Below, piece after piece: positions 47,623 through 61,071 of a stretch of 64,000 nucleotides of DNA; within the stretch, counting starts at the first letter, position 1, and the number at the start of each line of letters is the position of its first letter. The position numbers and the translations under genes are program-made. The stretch lies in assembly GCF_009914755.1 (NCBI RefSeq), contig NC_060939.1, one strand, 5' to 3'. The notes beneath the pieces are model-generated. The model was not told the origin of the DNA. It searched no databases and was given only the letters and a program-made list of their open reading frames with translations. This DNA comes from the human T2T-CHM13v2.0 reference genome, Homo sapiens.

Positions 47623-48519
47623 CTATGTCATAATCACAGATAATGTTTCAATGAACAAAAGTACCATCTGTCTCAGGTTTTTCTTTTCTATGAAAAGAGA
47701 AATTTATGTTCAAACATCCCACTTTTCCCACTTTTTAAATGTAAATATGTCAGAGATATATTAAAATGGCATTCAATATAGACTACTATTTTTAAAACAA
47801 AGTTGTCATTTGACTCCTGGTGAATTGCTCATAAATTCAGGACTGAATAAAGAGATCAGATTACATTAAATGCATTTTGGTATCTATAACTTTCTGCAAT
47901 GAATTAAAACCGGCTGATCGTGTCTCCAGTGCATTTCATTTTCCGTTGATTCATGTACTGTAATATAACCTTCAAAATTCCCTTATGCCAACAAACTCAC
48001 TGAGATATGCTGAGTGCAGGAGGAGATTAAAGTGGCTATAAGATTGAAAACTGTATGAAGGCATCAGATAATGCAGTAGAGGTATAATGAAAGTGTAAAC
48101 AAAGCTGGCAAATGTAGAAATTACTGTTCATATAATCCACTGTTGAATTCAATGGAGAGTTTAGCTCACTGCCAAATATATATTAATATCCAACAAATTG
48201 GCAAGATCAATACACCAAGCCCGTTTCATTCTTATTAAAGTATTTTTTCTCTTTGAGGTTAAGCATAAGTAAGGCATGCCATTCTTCCTTGGAAAACGTA
48301 ATATTTCCCCAATAGGAATTTAGCATTCAGGTATACGCAGACTCCTAACTCTGAGACACTCACATCAGAAGATTTTCTGCCACTCTTTAAAATTGAAGTT
48401 ACTTATAGAAACAACCTCTCATATTTTCCTGAGCAGTAGCTTTTTGTTTCTGCGTTGTGAAAGCCAAACCATCCCTTAAAGTCTCTTTAAACTGGCCAAA
48501 AAAAAAGGCATTATTACTG

Positions 48520-48689
48520 TGCTAGGAGTCTCTATTGTTTCGGTAGTAGCTAGAGCTATGGATGAATGCTTTCAACAGAAGTTAAAAGAGATAATGAGTC
48601 TTTAATGATACAAAATCAGAGCCTTGTGTGCCTAGTGAAGCCTGACACAAGCTCCAGCTTGCAGCTAGCAAGGAGAGCTCATCCACTAT
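48520..48689 (-). pseudogene. Possible LOX-like exon remnant
   Basis: IVDELSLLAASWSLCQASLGTQGSDF recalls 'IVD..SLG..G'; boundaries uncertain. Confidence 0.35.
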
Positions 48690-48991
48690 CTGTTTTATAG
48701 GCCAAAAATACCCACAAAGTGCCTTATTGGAAAATTATGTATCCCTTAAGATAGGATCAGTGGTATTTGTCTGTTAGGTTAAACTCTTCTGAGATGCAAA
48801 ACAAAATAGGAAGGTAAGCCTATATTCTTTTCCCCTCCATATATCTCTTTGAAAGTTTAAGGTGAATACATCTCTACCCTCAAAGCAGCAGTTTCTATTT
48901 TATTCCAGAGTTTTTCAGTATCAATTTCCGTTTGTGTGCATATGATTCTCTTTTCTCTACCAAAAATGCAAACAAGAAACTCCAATGTCAC

Positions 48992-49202
48992 CTGCCCGCA
49001 CATACTTTCTGTTATGCTGACCAGAGAGTAGATTCCTTGGCTCAGTCGAAAGAGATTTTTCCCCGTCAAGTATTAGGAAACTGGTTTGAATCTCAACTCT
49101 GTAAATGTGTTAAGTAGCAGCCAAAAACTTCTGGAGATCAGTCAGGGGAAATCTCCTCTGTGAGCACAAGCCAGGCTCCTTGATGTTAAATCAGATTTGC
49201 TT
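48992..49202 (-). pseudogene. LOX-like exon remnant (His-cluster helix region)
   Basis: Acceptor atcctttcag; ANLI*HQ...SPEVFG..LTHLQS, then SQGIYSLVS; donor CAG|gtgaca. Recalls 'A.xxxHQ....EVF....R.LP'. Confidence 0.6.
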
Positions 49203-49802
49203 CTGAAAGGATTGGCATGTTTGATATGATTAGGAAGTGTCAGTTGTGCTGATTATAAATTAAAAAAAAAACAAATTGATCTGGAAAATAAGAAACATAA
49301 GGCCACATTGCTGTGCTCTACTTTTTGCAATGATGCTTTAAAAGTGATGGAAATGGGAATTATTTATTGTAGGAATACTAACTAGGTTATTGTATAAGGA
49401 TTTGCGTGTTATCATCACTGTATTAAGGTGCCAAAATCAGTTACAGGAGTGAAGAGAGAAAAACATCAACATAACTTGACTTGGTGTGTATTTAGTATGC
49501 ATTTTTCTTTTATTTTCAAAAATGATTAATGAGTGTGAGTGAATTTGGGGTCTTGGAGGAAGATCAAATTAGGTAGGCAAATAGCCCATAATTTGTTGAA
49601 AGGAATGAAATTATCTGTTTTTTTTTTTTTTAAGAAAATGTGTTGTATTTTTGCCTCTCTTCTCATTTATTGTCCCTCATTCCTATTCCAGCCATTTACT
49701 TTCTCTCTTTTGGACACAGTGGTGCCAGTGAGGGCTAATCATTAAAGTTGCCACTAGAGAAAGCAGATGTGGGGAATGTTTAGAAGAGCTAGAAGATAGG
49801 GG

Positions 49803-49940
49803 TGCCAGGCGTGTTCACTCATGCCTGTAATCCCAGCACTTTGGGAGACTGATGTGGGTGGATCACTTGAGGGCAGGAGTTCAAGACCAGTGTGGCCAAC
49901 ATGGAGAAACCCCATCTCTACTAAAAATACAAAAATTAGC
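49803..49940 (+). mobile_element. AluS left monomer plus linker, right monomer missing
   Basis: gccaggcgtg..cctgtaatcccagcactttggga..ctctactaaaaatacaaaaattagc, then abrupt switch to L1. Confidence 0.9.
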
Positions 49941-51103
49941 AGGCCCTGGTGTGTGATGTTCCCCTCCCTGTGTCCATGTGTTCTCATTCTTCAACTCCCA
50001 CTTATGAGTGAGAACATGTGGTGTTTGGTTTTCTGTTCTTGTGTTAGTTTGCTGAGAATGATGGTTTCCAGCTTCATCCATGCCTCTGCAAAGGACATGA
50101 ACTCATCCTTTTTATGGCTGCATAGTATTCTGTGGTGTATAAGTGCCATATTTTCTTTATCCAGTCTATCATTGATGGGCATTTGGGTTGGTTGCAAGTC
50201 TTCGCTATTGTGAATAGTGCTGCAATAAACATATGTGTGCACGTGCCTTTATAGTAGAATGATTTATAATCCTTTGGGTATATACCCAGTAATGGGATTG
50301 CTGGGTCAAATGGTATTTCTGGTTCTAGATCCTTAAGGAATTGCCACACTCTCTTCCACAATGGTTAAACTAATTTACACTTCCACCAACAGTGTAAGAG
50401 TGTTCCTATTTCTCCACATCCTCTCCAGTATCTGTTGTTTCCTGACTTTTTAATGATCACCGTTCTAACGGGCATGAGTTAGCATCTCATTGTGGTTTTG
50501 ATTTGCATTTCTCTAATGACCAGTGGTGATGAGCTTTTTTTCATATGTTTTTGGCCACATAAATGTCTTCTTTTGAGAAGTGTCTGTTCGTATCCTTTGC
50601 CCACTTTTTGATGGGGTTGTTTGTTTTTTCTTGTAAATTTGCTTACGTTCTTTGTAGATTCTGGACATTAGCCCTTTGTCAGATGGATAGATTGCAAAAA
50701 TTTTCTCCCATTCTGCAGGTTGCCTGTCCACTCTGATGATAGTTTCTTTTGCTGTGTAGGAGCTCTTTTGTTTAATTAGATCCCATTTGTCAATTTTGGC
50801 TTTTGTTGCCATTGCTTTTGGTGTTTTAGTCACGAAGTCATTGCCCATGCCTATGTCCAGAATGGTATTGCCTAGGTTTTCTTCTAGGGTTTTTATGGTT
50901 TTAGGTCTTACATTTAAGTCTTTAATCTATCTCAAGTTATTTTTTGTGTAAGGTATAAGGAAGGGGTCCAGTTTCAGTTTTCTGCATATAGCTAGCCCGT
51001 TTCCAAACACCACTTATTAAATAGGGAATCCTTTCCCCATTGCTTGTTTTTGTCAGGTTTGTCAAAGATCAGATGGTTGTAGATGTGTGGTGTTATTTCT
51101 GAG
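49940..51103 (-). mobile_element. L1PA7/8-like fragment, 5'-truncated and lacking its 3' tip and poly(A)
   Basis: Antisense ORF2 C-terminus ([19 protein letters not shown]; [13 protein letters not shown]) and proximal 3'UTR. Confidence 0.9.
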
Positions 51104-51171
51104 CCATAAATTTTAAAATTGAGATGATGGTTGGTCATTTTGTCATTCTATTTAGATACTTTCACTGTTAT

Positions 51172-51758
51172 TGAGAGTGGCAGGAGGCAGCCAGATGCCT
51201 AGGCAGATAGGAACATCCCCAGAGAAACCCCACCTTCAAGCCAAAAACAGCCTGAATGCTGAAAGAGACCAGACTGCTGGTCCCAGATGAAACCTGCCAC
51301 CCAGAGTGAGAACTTCTGTTACTGTTTGCCCACCCTTTCCCAGTTGATTCTTTCTGAATAATGCCTTCTAACCAATTGAATGTTGCCTTTTTCAATATTA
51401 ACTATGGGCTACCCCTCCCCCATTCTGAGCCCATAAAAAGCCATGCACTCAGCCATGTTAAGGAGACTTTTACACCTTGAGGTAGGGGGACCACCCCTGC
51501 ATCCTCTCTCCATGGAAAGCTGTTTCATCACCCAATAGAATTCTCCACCTTGCTCATGCTTTGATTGTCAGTGCATCCTCATTCTTCTTGGGCGTGGGAC
51601 AAGAACTTGGGAGCCAGTGCACAGGCCAGACTCAGACCAGGTGGGCCAAGTGGGTGGCTATCTCCTGCAGCAGGCAGCATGGCTGAGTGAGGCCCAGGTG
51701 AGGCATTGCCAGCCAGAGGTCCCTGGCTTGCAGTGACTGAGAAGAAAATCCTGTGTCA
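51172..51758 (+). mobile_element. ERV1 solo LTR (LTR29-like) with 4-bp TSD ttat
   Basis: TG...CA termini; CCAAT and cataaaa promoter motifs; ttat at 51168-51171 and 51759-51762. Confidence 0.85.
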
Positions 51759-52754
51759 TTATGATTTTTCTTTATGTTACATTGTTAATAATGCAAAGAA
51801 TATACAGGATATATTGATTCATATAATTTCCAATTGTTTGTAGTAAATAGAGTTATGTTGAAATATTGCAAATCATTCTGTATTATACTTAATAACAGCA
51901 ATAAAATTTTAAAAGTTAATCAACAATTCAGTAAAATACATAATGAGACTTAAAATGCTCTTTGTTCAAGAATTAGACCATAACTTCCAGCAGAATTGCA
52001 GATTTGTTTCATTACCTGAATGTCAGTTTGACACACAATAAAAACTGTTGGTTTCATTGGATTACATAGAGAAGCAAACAAACTGATGAAAGATAAAAGA
52101 GAATAACACTTTCTATCAAAGCAAATAATTTAAAACTATTTTTGCTTTGCTTTTCTACCACCAAATTTGATAATATATCCGTTTTAGTATTTTTGAGCAG
52201 TATGGATCCTATACTGCTCCTGTTTTCCTTCCTGTTTAACTAACATTTTTAAAAGCTTATATGTGCACTTTTACTAGAATATTATTTTTATCTTCATAAT
52301 CCATTGCTAAATAAATAAAGGCACTTTTCTCTATAATCCAATGCCTTAATTTATAGTATTAATAAATTTTCTAGTAGATAAAATGAATATATATACACTT
52401 GTGTCTGTGTAATCAGAACTTGATTATTAATCAACATCAAAAAATGTTAATAAAGTGTACATTTAAAAGAGAACAGGCAATATCATTCTCATACACAAAA
52501 TATGTATTTTTTCCTACTACAGTATATATCAGGTGCTTGTTCTGCTCTAAGAAAAAGATAAAAATGAATACTAAGTTCTTATTTTAAAGTTAACGCTATA
52601 ATATATTGTTATATTAAGGAAGGAAGTGGCAGTAATAGCAGACTTTACTAAGGCCTTGGTAGCAGTAGCACTTGATCTTGAGTCCTCATTTTGACACCTA
52701 CTATTTTTCTGACTTTTCTTTTGCTTCTTCGTTTATCAATTCTAAAAATTTAAC

Positions 52755-52832
52755 CTTGGGATCCAGGCTGGGTGGACCAGCAAATGAACTCAGGAGAACT
52801 GTTATGGATCAGAACAGGGGAGAGTTGGGAAA
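52755..52832 (-). pseudogene. LOX-like exon remnant
   Basis: 78 bp, caccag|...AAG|gttaaa; frames give PNSPLF / SPVLIHNSSPE and LLV..AWI, recalling 'P.SPIF.P.D...WLLAK.W'. Confidence 0.45.
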
Positions 52833-53234
52833 CTGGTGGTTCCCATAATGACAAAGAGCAATTGTAATTTAAAAAAAGGGATAAATTAGCCAAAAATTAA
52901 ACATATATTAGCTTTTATTTTTTACTTTGTAGGCTCAATGCGTCAATATTTGCATGTATATGAGTATCACATATTTTTAAAAACTTAAAAACTTTTAAAA
53001 ACTGAGAGAATATATTGATTTATTCATTAAAGTTTCCCTTAAATGATTGTCCTCTTACATCTTAATTTCCGTGTCCTTCATCTCTAACTATAGTTGATTA
53101 TCAAAGAGCACATGCTTCATACTCTACTGAAGGAACAACACAAGACAGAAGTAGTGGTATTTAGCATTCTTTAACATTTCATTGTTTTGAATTAATGTTC
53201 CATTACCTGAGACATCTTAGCACACATTTTATAC

Positions 53235-53350
53235 CTGACCTCTATATAATGAAACATTCAATTGTAATGGAAATTTCTTCTTCTGCAGACTTTACAAAGA
53301 ACATCCACACCAAAGCTGAACCAAAGACAAAATTATTACACGCTGGTATC
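53235..53350 (-). pseudogene. LOX-like exon remnant (PIAIQL region)
   Basis: 116 bp, gttttcag|...CAG|gtataa; ALVWMFFVKSAEEEISITIECF recalls 'APL.LFYV....L.PIAIQL'; splice phase matches the upstream exon. Confidence 0.6.
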
Positions 53351-54889
53351 CTGAAAACATCTACTATATCATAAGGTAGCCATTTCCAATGAAAACATTT
53401 GTCTTGTCAGAGAGCACCTAATAATACCCAGTAAAGATTATATGATAAGCAAGTGTCCTAGTTTTCCATTCAGAAAGGGAATTTACATGGAATAGATTTA
53501 ATGTTTTAGTTATGATTAGACACTTTCTTTAATACTTAAACTTGGCACACAATTTCTTTATCTAATCTATTTTCATTTTAAAAATACATACACGAGGTTT
53601 CAATTTCACACAGTGAGTGTTCCTATGAGTTTATTTTAATAGTATAATCCATCGTAATTTTAAATAATTTTCCGTTTGCTATAATTTTCATTATTTTGGC
53701 TTTATTAAACATCTTTGTTCTGCTCCTTCTAGCATCCTGTAATGATACCTGATTATCCTTGATGTAAAATAATATTGTGCTGATAAATAACCATATTATT
53801 TTTCAGATTGTTTTAGTAGCAAGAAACAGAAATTCAATTAGAACCAACTAAAGCAAAAAGTACGAAAGTCACCAAATCAAGGGAAGGGCAGGGAAATATC
53901 AATACAGTCTGGCTCTCTGTTGCCTCTCATTCCCTCTGTGAATCAGCGTTAATCTCTTTTAGTCACTGGTATGATTATCTGAGCCCAGAATATAACTGTT
54001 TTATATAAAAATAAAGTATGGTTGTGCTTTAAATATATGTTGATATATTCCAGGAATAAGCATGCTTTCTTTTATTCACAATTTTACCCAGAATTATTAA
54101 CTATTTTAAAAATATTGCATCAGTAAAACAATTTGTGGTATTTGAGTCACAAATACAATAACATATCAGTCTGAATTGGAAACTGTCATATTTATAATTT
54201 TAAAGGTAAATAAAAATTATGACTTTAGATAGCAGAAATAAATCTTAACATAATAGTAATTGTAATGCACTTAAATGGATTAAACTCACCAATTAAAGCA
54301 GATTCTCCAGTTAGATCAACAAAACAACCAAGATCTAGCAATAGTTTCCCACAAAGGGGCTATACAAAGTACATGCAGATTAGTAACTGTCTGTAACCTA
54401 TTTGTTACTAATCTGTGACAAAATAACTGTAGAAATTGAGTTAGAATGTGTTAAATGTTACAGAAATTTGACAAAGTAATTCCATGTCTGTCTAAGCTAA
54501 TAATAACAAGTAGGCTTGTATTTTGAATGGCTTTACTTATTTTCTTTTTTAGAAAACATACTTATTGCATTTTACCAAAGGAAGATACAGAAATAGAATA
54601 GAAAATTTAGAAAACCTGGATTTTCCCCCAGTTGGTTTGAGAAGCACTGGTCTTTAAGGTACACACTTAAAGAATATCAAAAAGTTGACAACTTAAGACT
54701 GAAAATAATGTGTCGGGCAAACATAAGTCAACAGAAAGTTGGAGTAGTGAATATTTCTCACAAAATAGAATTCAAGGCAAAAAGGTATCATAAAGCACAA
54801 AATATGTTACTTACTGGTCAAAGAAACAATGGAGTAAAAGTAACATACCTGCACCTCACAATATTGTTTTAGACTATGTAACGCAGTAA

Positions 54890-56650
54890 TCTTATTTACA
54901 ATAGCCACACTGCAAAAACCCTAGCAATACATCTAACCAAGATCTCTACAAGGGAAACTACAAAACACTGTTGAAAGAAATCATAGATAACCCAAACAAA
55001 TGGAAAAAATATTCCATGCTCATGGATTGGAAGAATCAATGGCATTAAAACAGGCATAGTGCCCAAAGCAATCTACAAATTCAATGCTATCCCTATCAAA
55101 CTACCATCATTTTTCACAGCATTAGGAAAAGTTATTCTAAAATTCATATGGAACCAAAAAAGGAGCCAGAATAGCCAAGGCATGCCTAAGCAAAAACAAC
55201 AAAGCCCCAGGCATCATGTTACCCAACTTTAAACTATACTATAAGGCTAAAGTAATGAAAACAGCATGGCACTGTACAAAAACAGACACATAGACCAATG
55301 GAACAGAATAGAGAACGCAGAAATAAAGCTGCACACCCACAGACAACTTATCTTCAATAAAGTCAACAAAAATAAGCAATAGGGAAAGGACTTCCTATTC
55401 AAAACATGGTGCTGGGATAGCTGGTTAGCCATGTGCAGAAGAATAAAACTGGACCACTATCTTTCACAATATACAGAAATTAACTCAAGATGAACTAAAG
55501 ATTTAAATGTAAGACCTCAAACTATATGGATCCTAAAAGAAAACCTATGATGCACCATTCTGGATATTGGCTTTAGGAAAGAATTTATGACTAAGTCCTC
55601 AAAAGCAATTGCAACAAAAACAAAAATTGACAAGTGAGACCAAACGGCTTTCTGCACAGCAAAAGAAACTATCAGCAGAGGAAGCAGACAACCTACAGAA
55701 TGGGAGAAAATATTTATGAACTATGCATCCAACAAAGGTCTAATATCCAAAACCTATAAGGAACTTAATTCAACAGCAAAAGACAAGTAAGTCCATTAAA
55801 AAGAGGGCAAAAGACATGACTGAACACTTCTCAAAAGAAGACACACAAGCTGCCAACAAACATAGGAAAATGCTCAGCCTCATTAACCGTTAGAGAAATG
55901 CAAATCAAAACCATCTCACACAAGTCGGATTAGCTATTACTAAAAATTCAAAAAACAATAGATCCTGGCAAGGCTGTGGAGAAGAGAAATGCTTATACAC
56001 TCTTGGTGAGAATGTAATTAGCTCAGCCACTGGGGAAAGCAGTTTGGAGATATCACAAAGAACTTAAAACAGAACTACTACTCAACCCAACAATCCCATT
56101 ACTGGGTATATGTCCAAAAGAAAATAAATCTTTCTGCCAAAAACACAAATGTACTTGTATGTTCATCGCAACACTATTCGCAATAGCAAAGACATGGAAT
56201 CAACCAATGTGCTCATCAACAGTGAGTTGGATAAAGAAAATGTGGGACATATACACCATGGAATACTGCATAGCCACAAAAAAGAACAAAATCACATCTT
56301 TTGCAGCAACATGGGTGTAGCTGTAGGCCATTATCCTAAGTGAATTAATGCAGGAACAGAAAACCAAATACCACAAGTTCTCACTTGTAAGTGGGAGCTA
56401 AGCAACGGGCGCACATAGATATAAAGGTGGCAACAGTAAACACTCGGGATACCAGAGGGCAGAGGGAGGGAGGAGAGCAAGGGTTGAAAACCTAACTATT
56501 GGGTACTATACTCACCATATGGGTGACAGGATCATTCATACCCCAAACCTCAGCATCACACAACATACCCAGGTAACAAACCTGCACATGTACCTCCTGA
56601 ATCTAAAATAAAAGTTGAAATTACCAAAGAAAAAATTAAAAACAAAATAA
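54890..56650 (+). mobile_element. 5'-truncated L1PA16/17-like element
   Basis: ORF2 3' half plus 3'UTR ccccaaacctcagcatcacacaa..aaacctgcacatgtacc..aatctaaaataaaagttgaa. Confidence 0.85.
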
Positions 56651-56946
56651 ATTAACAGAGAGACAAAAAGAATATGTAAATTTAAAAAATTATATACACG
56701 CAAATCAATAATTGTTATTGTTGATTTTAATGTATCCCTCTCAGAAAAAAATAGATAAATCCAAGAAAATACTAGGTGGGATATACACCACCTAAATAAT
56801 TCAATTAATAACTTCAAAATACTATTTATTAAAATATTTTTACTTAAAAATATAGAATACACATTTTATTTTTGAGCAAACACAAAACATTACAAAAATT
56901 GGTTCTGAACTTGGCCACAAAAGAAACTTCAATAAATTCCAGAGAA

Positions 56947-57329
56947 GGTCAGGCATAGTGGCTCAGGCCTCTAAACCCAACACTTTGGGAGACCAGGCAG
57001 GAGGAAGGCTTGAAACCAGGAGTTCAAGAGCAGCCTGAGCAACATAGCGAGACCCCCCCATTTCTACAAAAAAAGTAAAAAAAAAATCAGCCAGGTGTGG
57101 TGGCATGTGCCTACAGTCCTCGCTACTTGGAAGGCTAAAGTGGATTGCTTGAGTCTAGGAGTTCAAGGCTACTTGATCATCCTAAACCTGTTTTGTTATT
57201 GTAAAAGACAGAAATAATGATGCCTACTCCATGATGTTTTTAATGATAATTAAATGAGGCGAGCTCTGATCTTGCCCCTGCACTCCAGCCTGGGCACAGA
57301 ATAAGACACTGTCTCTTAAAAAAAAAAAA
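56947..57329 (+). mobile_element. AluJ carrying an ~85-bp non-Alu insertion in its right arm; TSD aaattccagag
   Basis: TSD at 56934-56944 and 57330-57340; Alu sequence is interrupted at ~57173 and resumes at ~57257. Confidence 0.9.
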
Positions 57330-58732
57330 AAATTCCAGAGGATGAAATCATACAGTTTATGTTCTCTGAAGACAGTACTGTAGATCAATATAAAAAATCT
57401 AAGTAAAAGTCCCATATATATGACATATAAGTAATATACTTCTTTGCATTTAAAAGTAAATACTAAAGAAAAAATAAAATATTTAGAATTAAATAGTAAA
57501 AACCCTGCAATCCACAATGTGTGTTACATATACAAAGTTGAAAAACTGGAAAGATAAAATAAAATGAAGCTAACCATTCAACTCAAAAAGATTAAATGAT
57601 AGTCACAGAGAAAAACTAAAAATAGAAATGAAAGAAATAATAAAGATAAAAGAAAAATTAATAAATCCAGAACAAAAAACAGTAGAGAATATTTATAAAA
57701 CAGAAAACTGAGACTTAAAGTTACTCACATGAACCTCTGGCAAGACAGATTCAACAAAAAATAAAAGAAGACGCAAATGAAAGAAATTCCAATTATATAA
57801 AAAAAAATTCCAGACCAAAAAGGTAGTTCTAAAATAATAAAAATAATATTATCAAAAGCCCATAGGCTAATAAGTTTGAAAACTGAGAGAAATAATATGC
57901 TTCTTACAAAAATAGTCCAAGAAGAAAAAAAATTTGGATTAGTGTTTATTAGCATAGACCAATAACCTCAAAACCTATATTCAATTGTTTTATAAGTAAA
58001 TTCAATAAATCATTCAAGGAACAGATAATATGTAATTCCTATTTTATGCAAAGATGAAAAACTACCTATTAAAATAATTTATGATGCTAATATATTAAGA
58101 AGATAAATTATGATTATCTCAATATATACACAACAGAAAAAAACTTAGCAAACCAGTAAAAGGAAAATTTCTCAGTGTGGAAACAGTCACATACCAAATA
58201 GATTGTGAGGTACAATATTCATTGCTCTAAGAATAAACTCTCCATTTATTCCAGTAATGGTTTGCCCTGTGTCACCTGCATTCTCACTTGGTTTTCCTTA
58301 CAACAAAAACAAACTGTGTGTGAGTGCATGTATGTATGTGTGTATGTGCCTATATCTATGTAACAAGTATGTATAATACATATACACATCATCTATATAA
58401 GTAACAACTCATAACACATTTATTAAGATTGTCTTGTGTTCTGGTTTGACAAAATTGCTTTCTTCTCATGCTATGCAAGTTGCAAAATTGGCTGGGTGCC
58501 CTGAGATGCAATTTAAAGTGTCATATAAGTTATCATGCTCTGTTCTGTTATTTACAAAAAAATCCCTCCAAACAAAATTGACAAAAAAATGGGCTCTGTT
58601 ATTTCTTTTGAAGCTGTCTTCTTGTCAATAAAGTTTACACATTTCAATGAATACTACTCTGTATAATTTTTAGATTATATTACACTTTTGCAGCTGGAGT
58701 AGATACTAAAAACCGCCATAAAGTATGCTCAC

Positions 58733-58878
58733 TTTCTATGCATAACAGCTGCTTGTAGAACCGTAATATCCTGCACACTTCCATTTTTTTTCTTGTTAAA
58801 TATACGTTTATGAAGAGCTTTGGTTTTGAGAGTCCAGGATTCTTTCTTCGGATTGGGTGTGGGACAATAGTTTTACAA
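58733..58878 (-). pseudogene. LOX-like exon remnant
   Basis: 146 bp, tgtttttgtttccag|...AAA|gtgagc; KALHKRIFNKKKNGSVQDITVLQAA recalls 'K.L.EE...G.I...D..VL.G'. Confidence 0.5.
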
Positions 58879-59138
58879 CTGGAAACAAAAACACAGTATC
58901 CATCTGTGTCACTGCTCAGTGAATGCACAGGTTTAATATCATCATTGTTTAAGGTAATTTGGGCAGTAATTACATATGAAAGGCAGTACCAAATAATAAC
59001 ATAATTCCAGAAATGCGATAGATACTGATAATGACTATAAAGCTGTTCACAAAATGAGGCTTATAATCTCAAGGGTCTCAGAAAGCTAAGATTCATATAT
59101 TCTTCATGACACTAAATTAACTATATGATCATGACTAA

Positions 59139-59510
59139 GCTACTTGATCATCCTAAACCTCAGTTTTGTTATTTGTAAAAAACGGAAATAATGATGCCTA
59201 CTTCATGATGTTCTTAATGATAATTAAATATGATAATATAGAAGAATACCTAGTACAATGTAGTCACTTAAGAAGTTTGATGGATTTAAATTGCTATCTA
59301 ATAAACCATTTATGTTATGTGTTATTAAAAGCACAGTTGTGAGGTGCATGCTTGCTGCACAAGTGAGTGAAGTGTGACATTCATAAACCCAGGGAATCAT
59401 TCCGTCATCAGTGGTTTTCAGGCATTTTCTCATGGTTCATTTCAACCACTGGGAAACTTGAAGAGAAAAGATGTTAGTTGATAATAATAATAGTAATCAT
59501 TTTTACTGAT
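59139..59510. repeat. Local duplicate (copy A) of 61205-61660, starting with a MIR fragment
   Basis: Long shared blocks, e.g. catcagtggttttcaggcattttctcatggttcatttcaacca.tgggaaacttgaagaga; copy A lacks ~80 bp present in copy B. Confidence 0.92.
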
Positions 59511-59804
59511 GCTGTAATCTGAGTGGCCATGAGTTCTCCACCATTCTGAGTTCATCCTTTCCTTTGGTATCCAAAAATATTAAGTCACATCCACCTCTGG
59601 AAAACTGTAAGAAATCTAGTCTCCATACAAGTATTAATTGAGTGTCTCTAGGGGAGAAATTTTTTATTACTATTCATATTAAATATCTTCTCCTAGTTTT
59701 CTCCTTGGCAATCTTTGTTCATTTCATTATTGCCTCTATATGTTTCTGTAGCTTCTAATTCTAAATCAAGGATTTAGTTTTCCATAAATGTAATTAAAGA
59801 TTGA

Positions 59805-60375
59805 ATTTATTTATTCATAATTTATCCATTCAAAAATATTGTCTTGGAACTCTGCTGGTACAAGGGGTACAACAGTGAACAAGACAGGCAGTCCCTAACC
59901 TCCTGGAGTTTATAGTCCATTGAAAAGATAGATATTAAACAAAGAATTACATGATAATGTAAATAATTAATGACAGTTGTGATACTTGCCAAAAAATATG
60001 TAGTGTTCTGTGAACGCTTGCAATGAAGGAGACTTAATCTTGATCTGAAGACCCAAGAAGCCTTCCCTGAAAAACTAGTAAGCTGCAAGTTTAAGTATGA
60101 ACTAAAGTTACCCAGGGAAAGGAGGAATGTTATAGTCATAGGCAACTGCACATGTGAAGGTTATGAAATGGGAAAAGATGTTTAAGGACTTAAGGAGGCC
60201 AGTATGGATACAGGTTATTGAATAAAAGGAACAGTGGAATTGACCGGAGCAGGAGTCAGGAGCAGATCATGGAATAACTCATTTGCCTGACTAAGGGTTT
60301 TGGTCTGTGTCCTAAAAAAATGAGGAGCAACTATGTTTATTTAGGTTGGGGTGTGACATCATCTAAAAGATCACT
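59805..60375 (-). mobile_element. L2 fragment
   Basis: tttattcat..cattcaaaaatatt..acagtgaacaagacag..gtccctaacctcctggagtttatagtc. Confidence 0.75.
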
Positions 60376-60430
60376 CAGTGATATTTTACAACAGCCAGCA
60401 CTGTGAGTGGATTGATTTAATTGTACATAC

Positions 60431-60576
60431 TCAACTGGAGGAAACATTCTTGGAATTTTGCTGTCGAACATTTTGTAGACAGTCTTTTGATTGGCTGGCA
60501 GAACCAAAACACCTTTGCTCTTTCAGAGGAATCTTTATGTGAGAGGCAGAGCTCAGTGTCCTGTTGTTAGAGAAGC
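60431..60576 (-). pseudogene. LOX-like exon remnant (W..D..F / G.NP..I..C..LP..FP region)
   Basis: 146 bp, ctccctttcaacag|...TGA|gtatgt; *QQDTELC...FWFCQPIKRLSTKC, then frameshifted DSKIPRMFPPV. Confidence 0.65.
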
Positions 60577-60679
60577 CTGTTGAAAGGGAGGACTCTATAC
60601 TGACCAAGTGACACGACAGTTTACTATATAATCATCAGGAATTATTTCAATGGATCCAAGAGTTCAATGACGAACTTAC

Positions 60680-61071
60680 AGTTTCAGTTCTGACATAGAA
60701 ATAGCATGGCAGTCTTAATTCTGTCCTTAAAACAAAAAAGAGCTGGACAAATGAAAATGAATTATTTCTCATATCTATCAGAGAACTTAGGTCTCCATGT
60801 AAACAGCTGCAACACAATCTGGAGGCATATCCAGGCAATCGCAGCTGAGATCTGCTTACCCAGAACAGAAGCTGCTCGTGTCATTAACTGGTAGAAACAG
60901 TTAAATGGTAATTTTAACCTAGGAATAGAGGCTTAGTTTGAGGCTACTGTAAGAGTGAGAAAATTCTGGGAGCCACAGGTTTAAGGGTGCTCCCATGTTT
61001 TTGTCAGCTTTATCTCCAGGGAGTCTAAAAGGTTTTTATGGTAAAGATCTGAGAAAGATGCCCTCCTGAAT
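60680..61071 (-). pseudogene. Three small candidate exons (61071-60977, 60887-60860, 60725-60680)
   Basis: Acceptors tctttctgccag, tttctaccag, ttttgttttaag; donors gtggct (weak), gtaagc, gtaagt; phases join in frame as FRRASFSDLYHKNLLD..KTWEHP*TFNDTSSFCSGTELRLPCYFYVRTET. Confidence 0.45.

Larger units (their letters stand above)
54200..58200 (+). mobile_element. Degraded old L1M ORF2 (EN/tether region) hosting younger insertions
   Basis: aaatggattaaactcaccaattaaa, aaaatagaattcaaggcaaaa, ggccacaaaagaaacttcaataaattcc. Confidence 0.65.
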
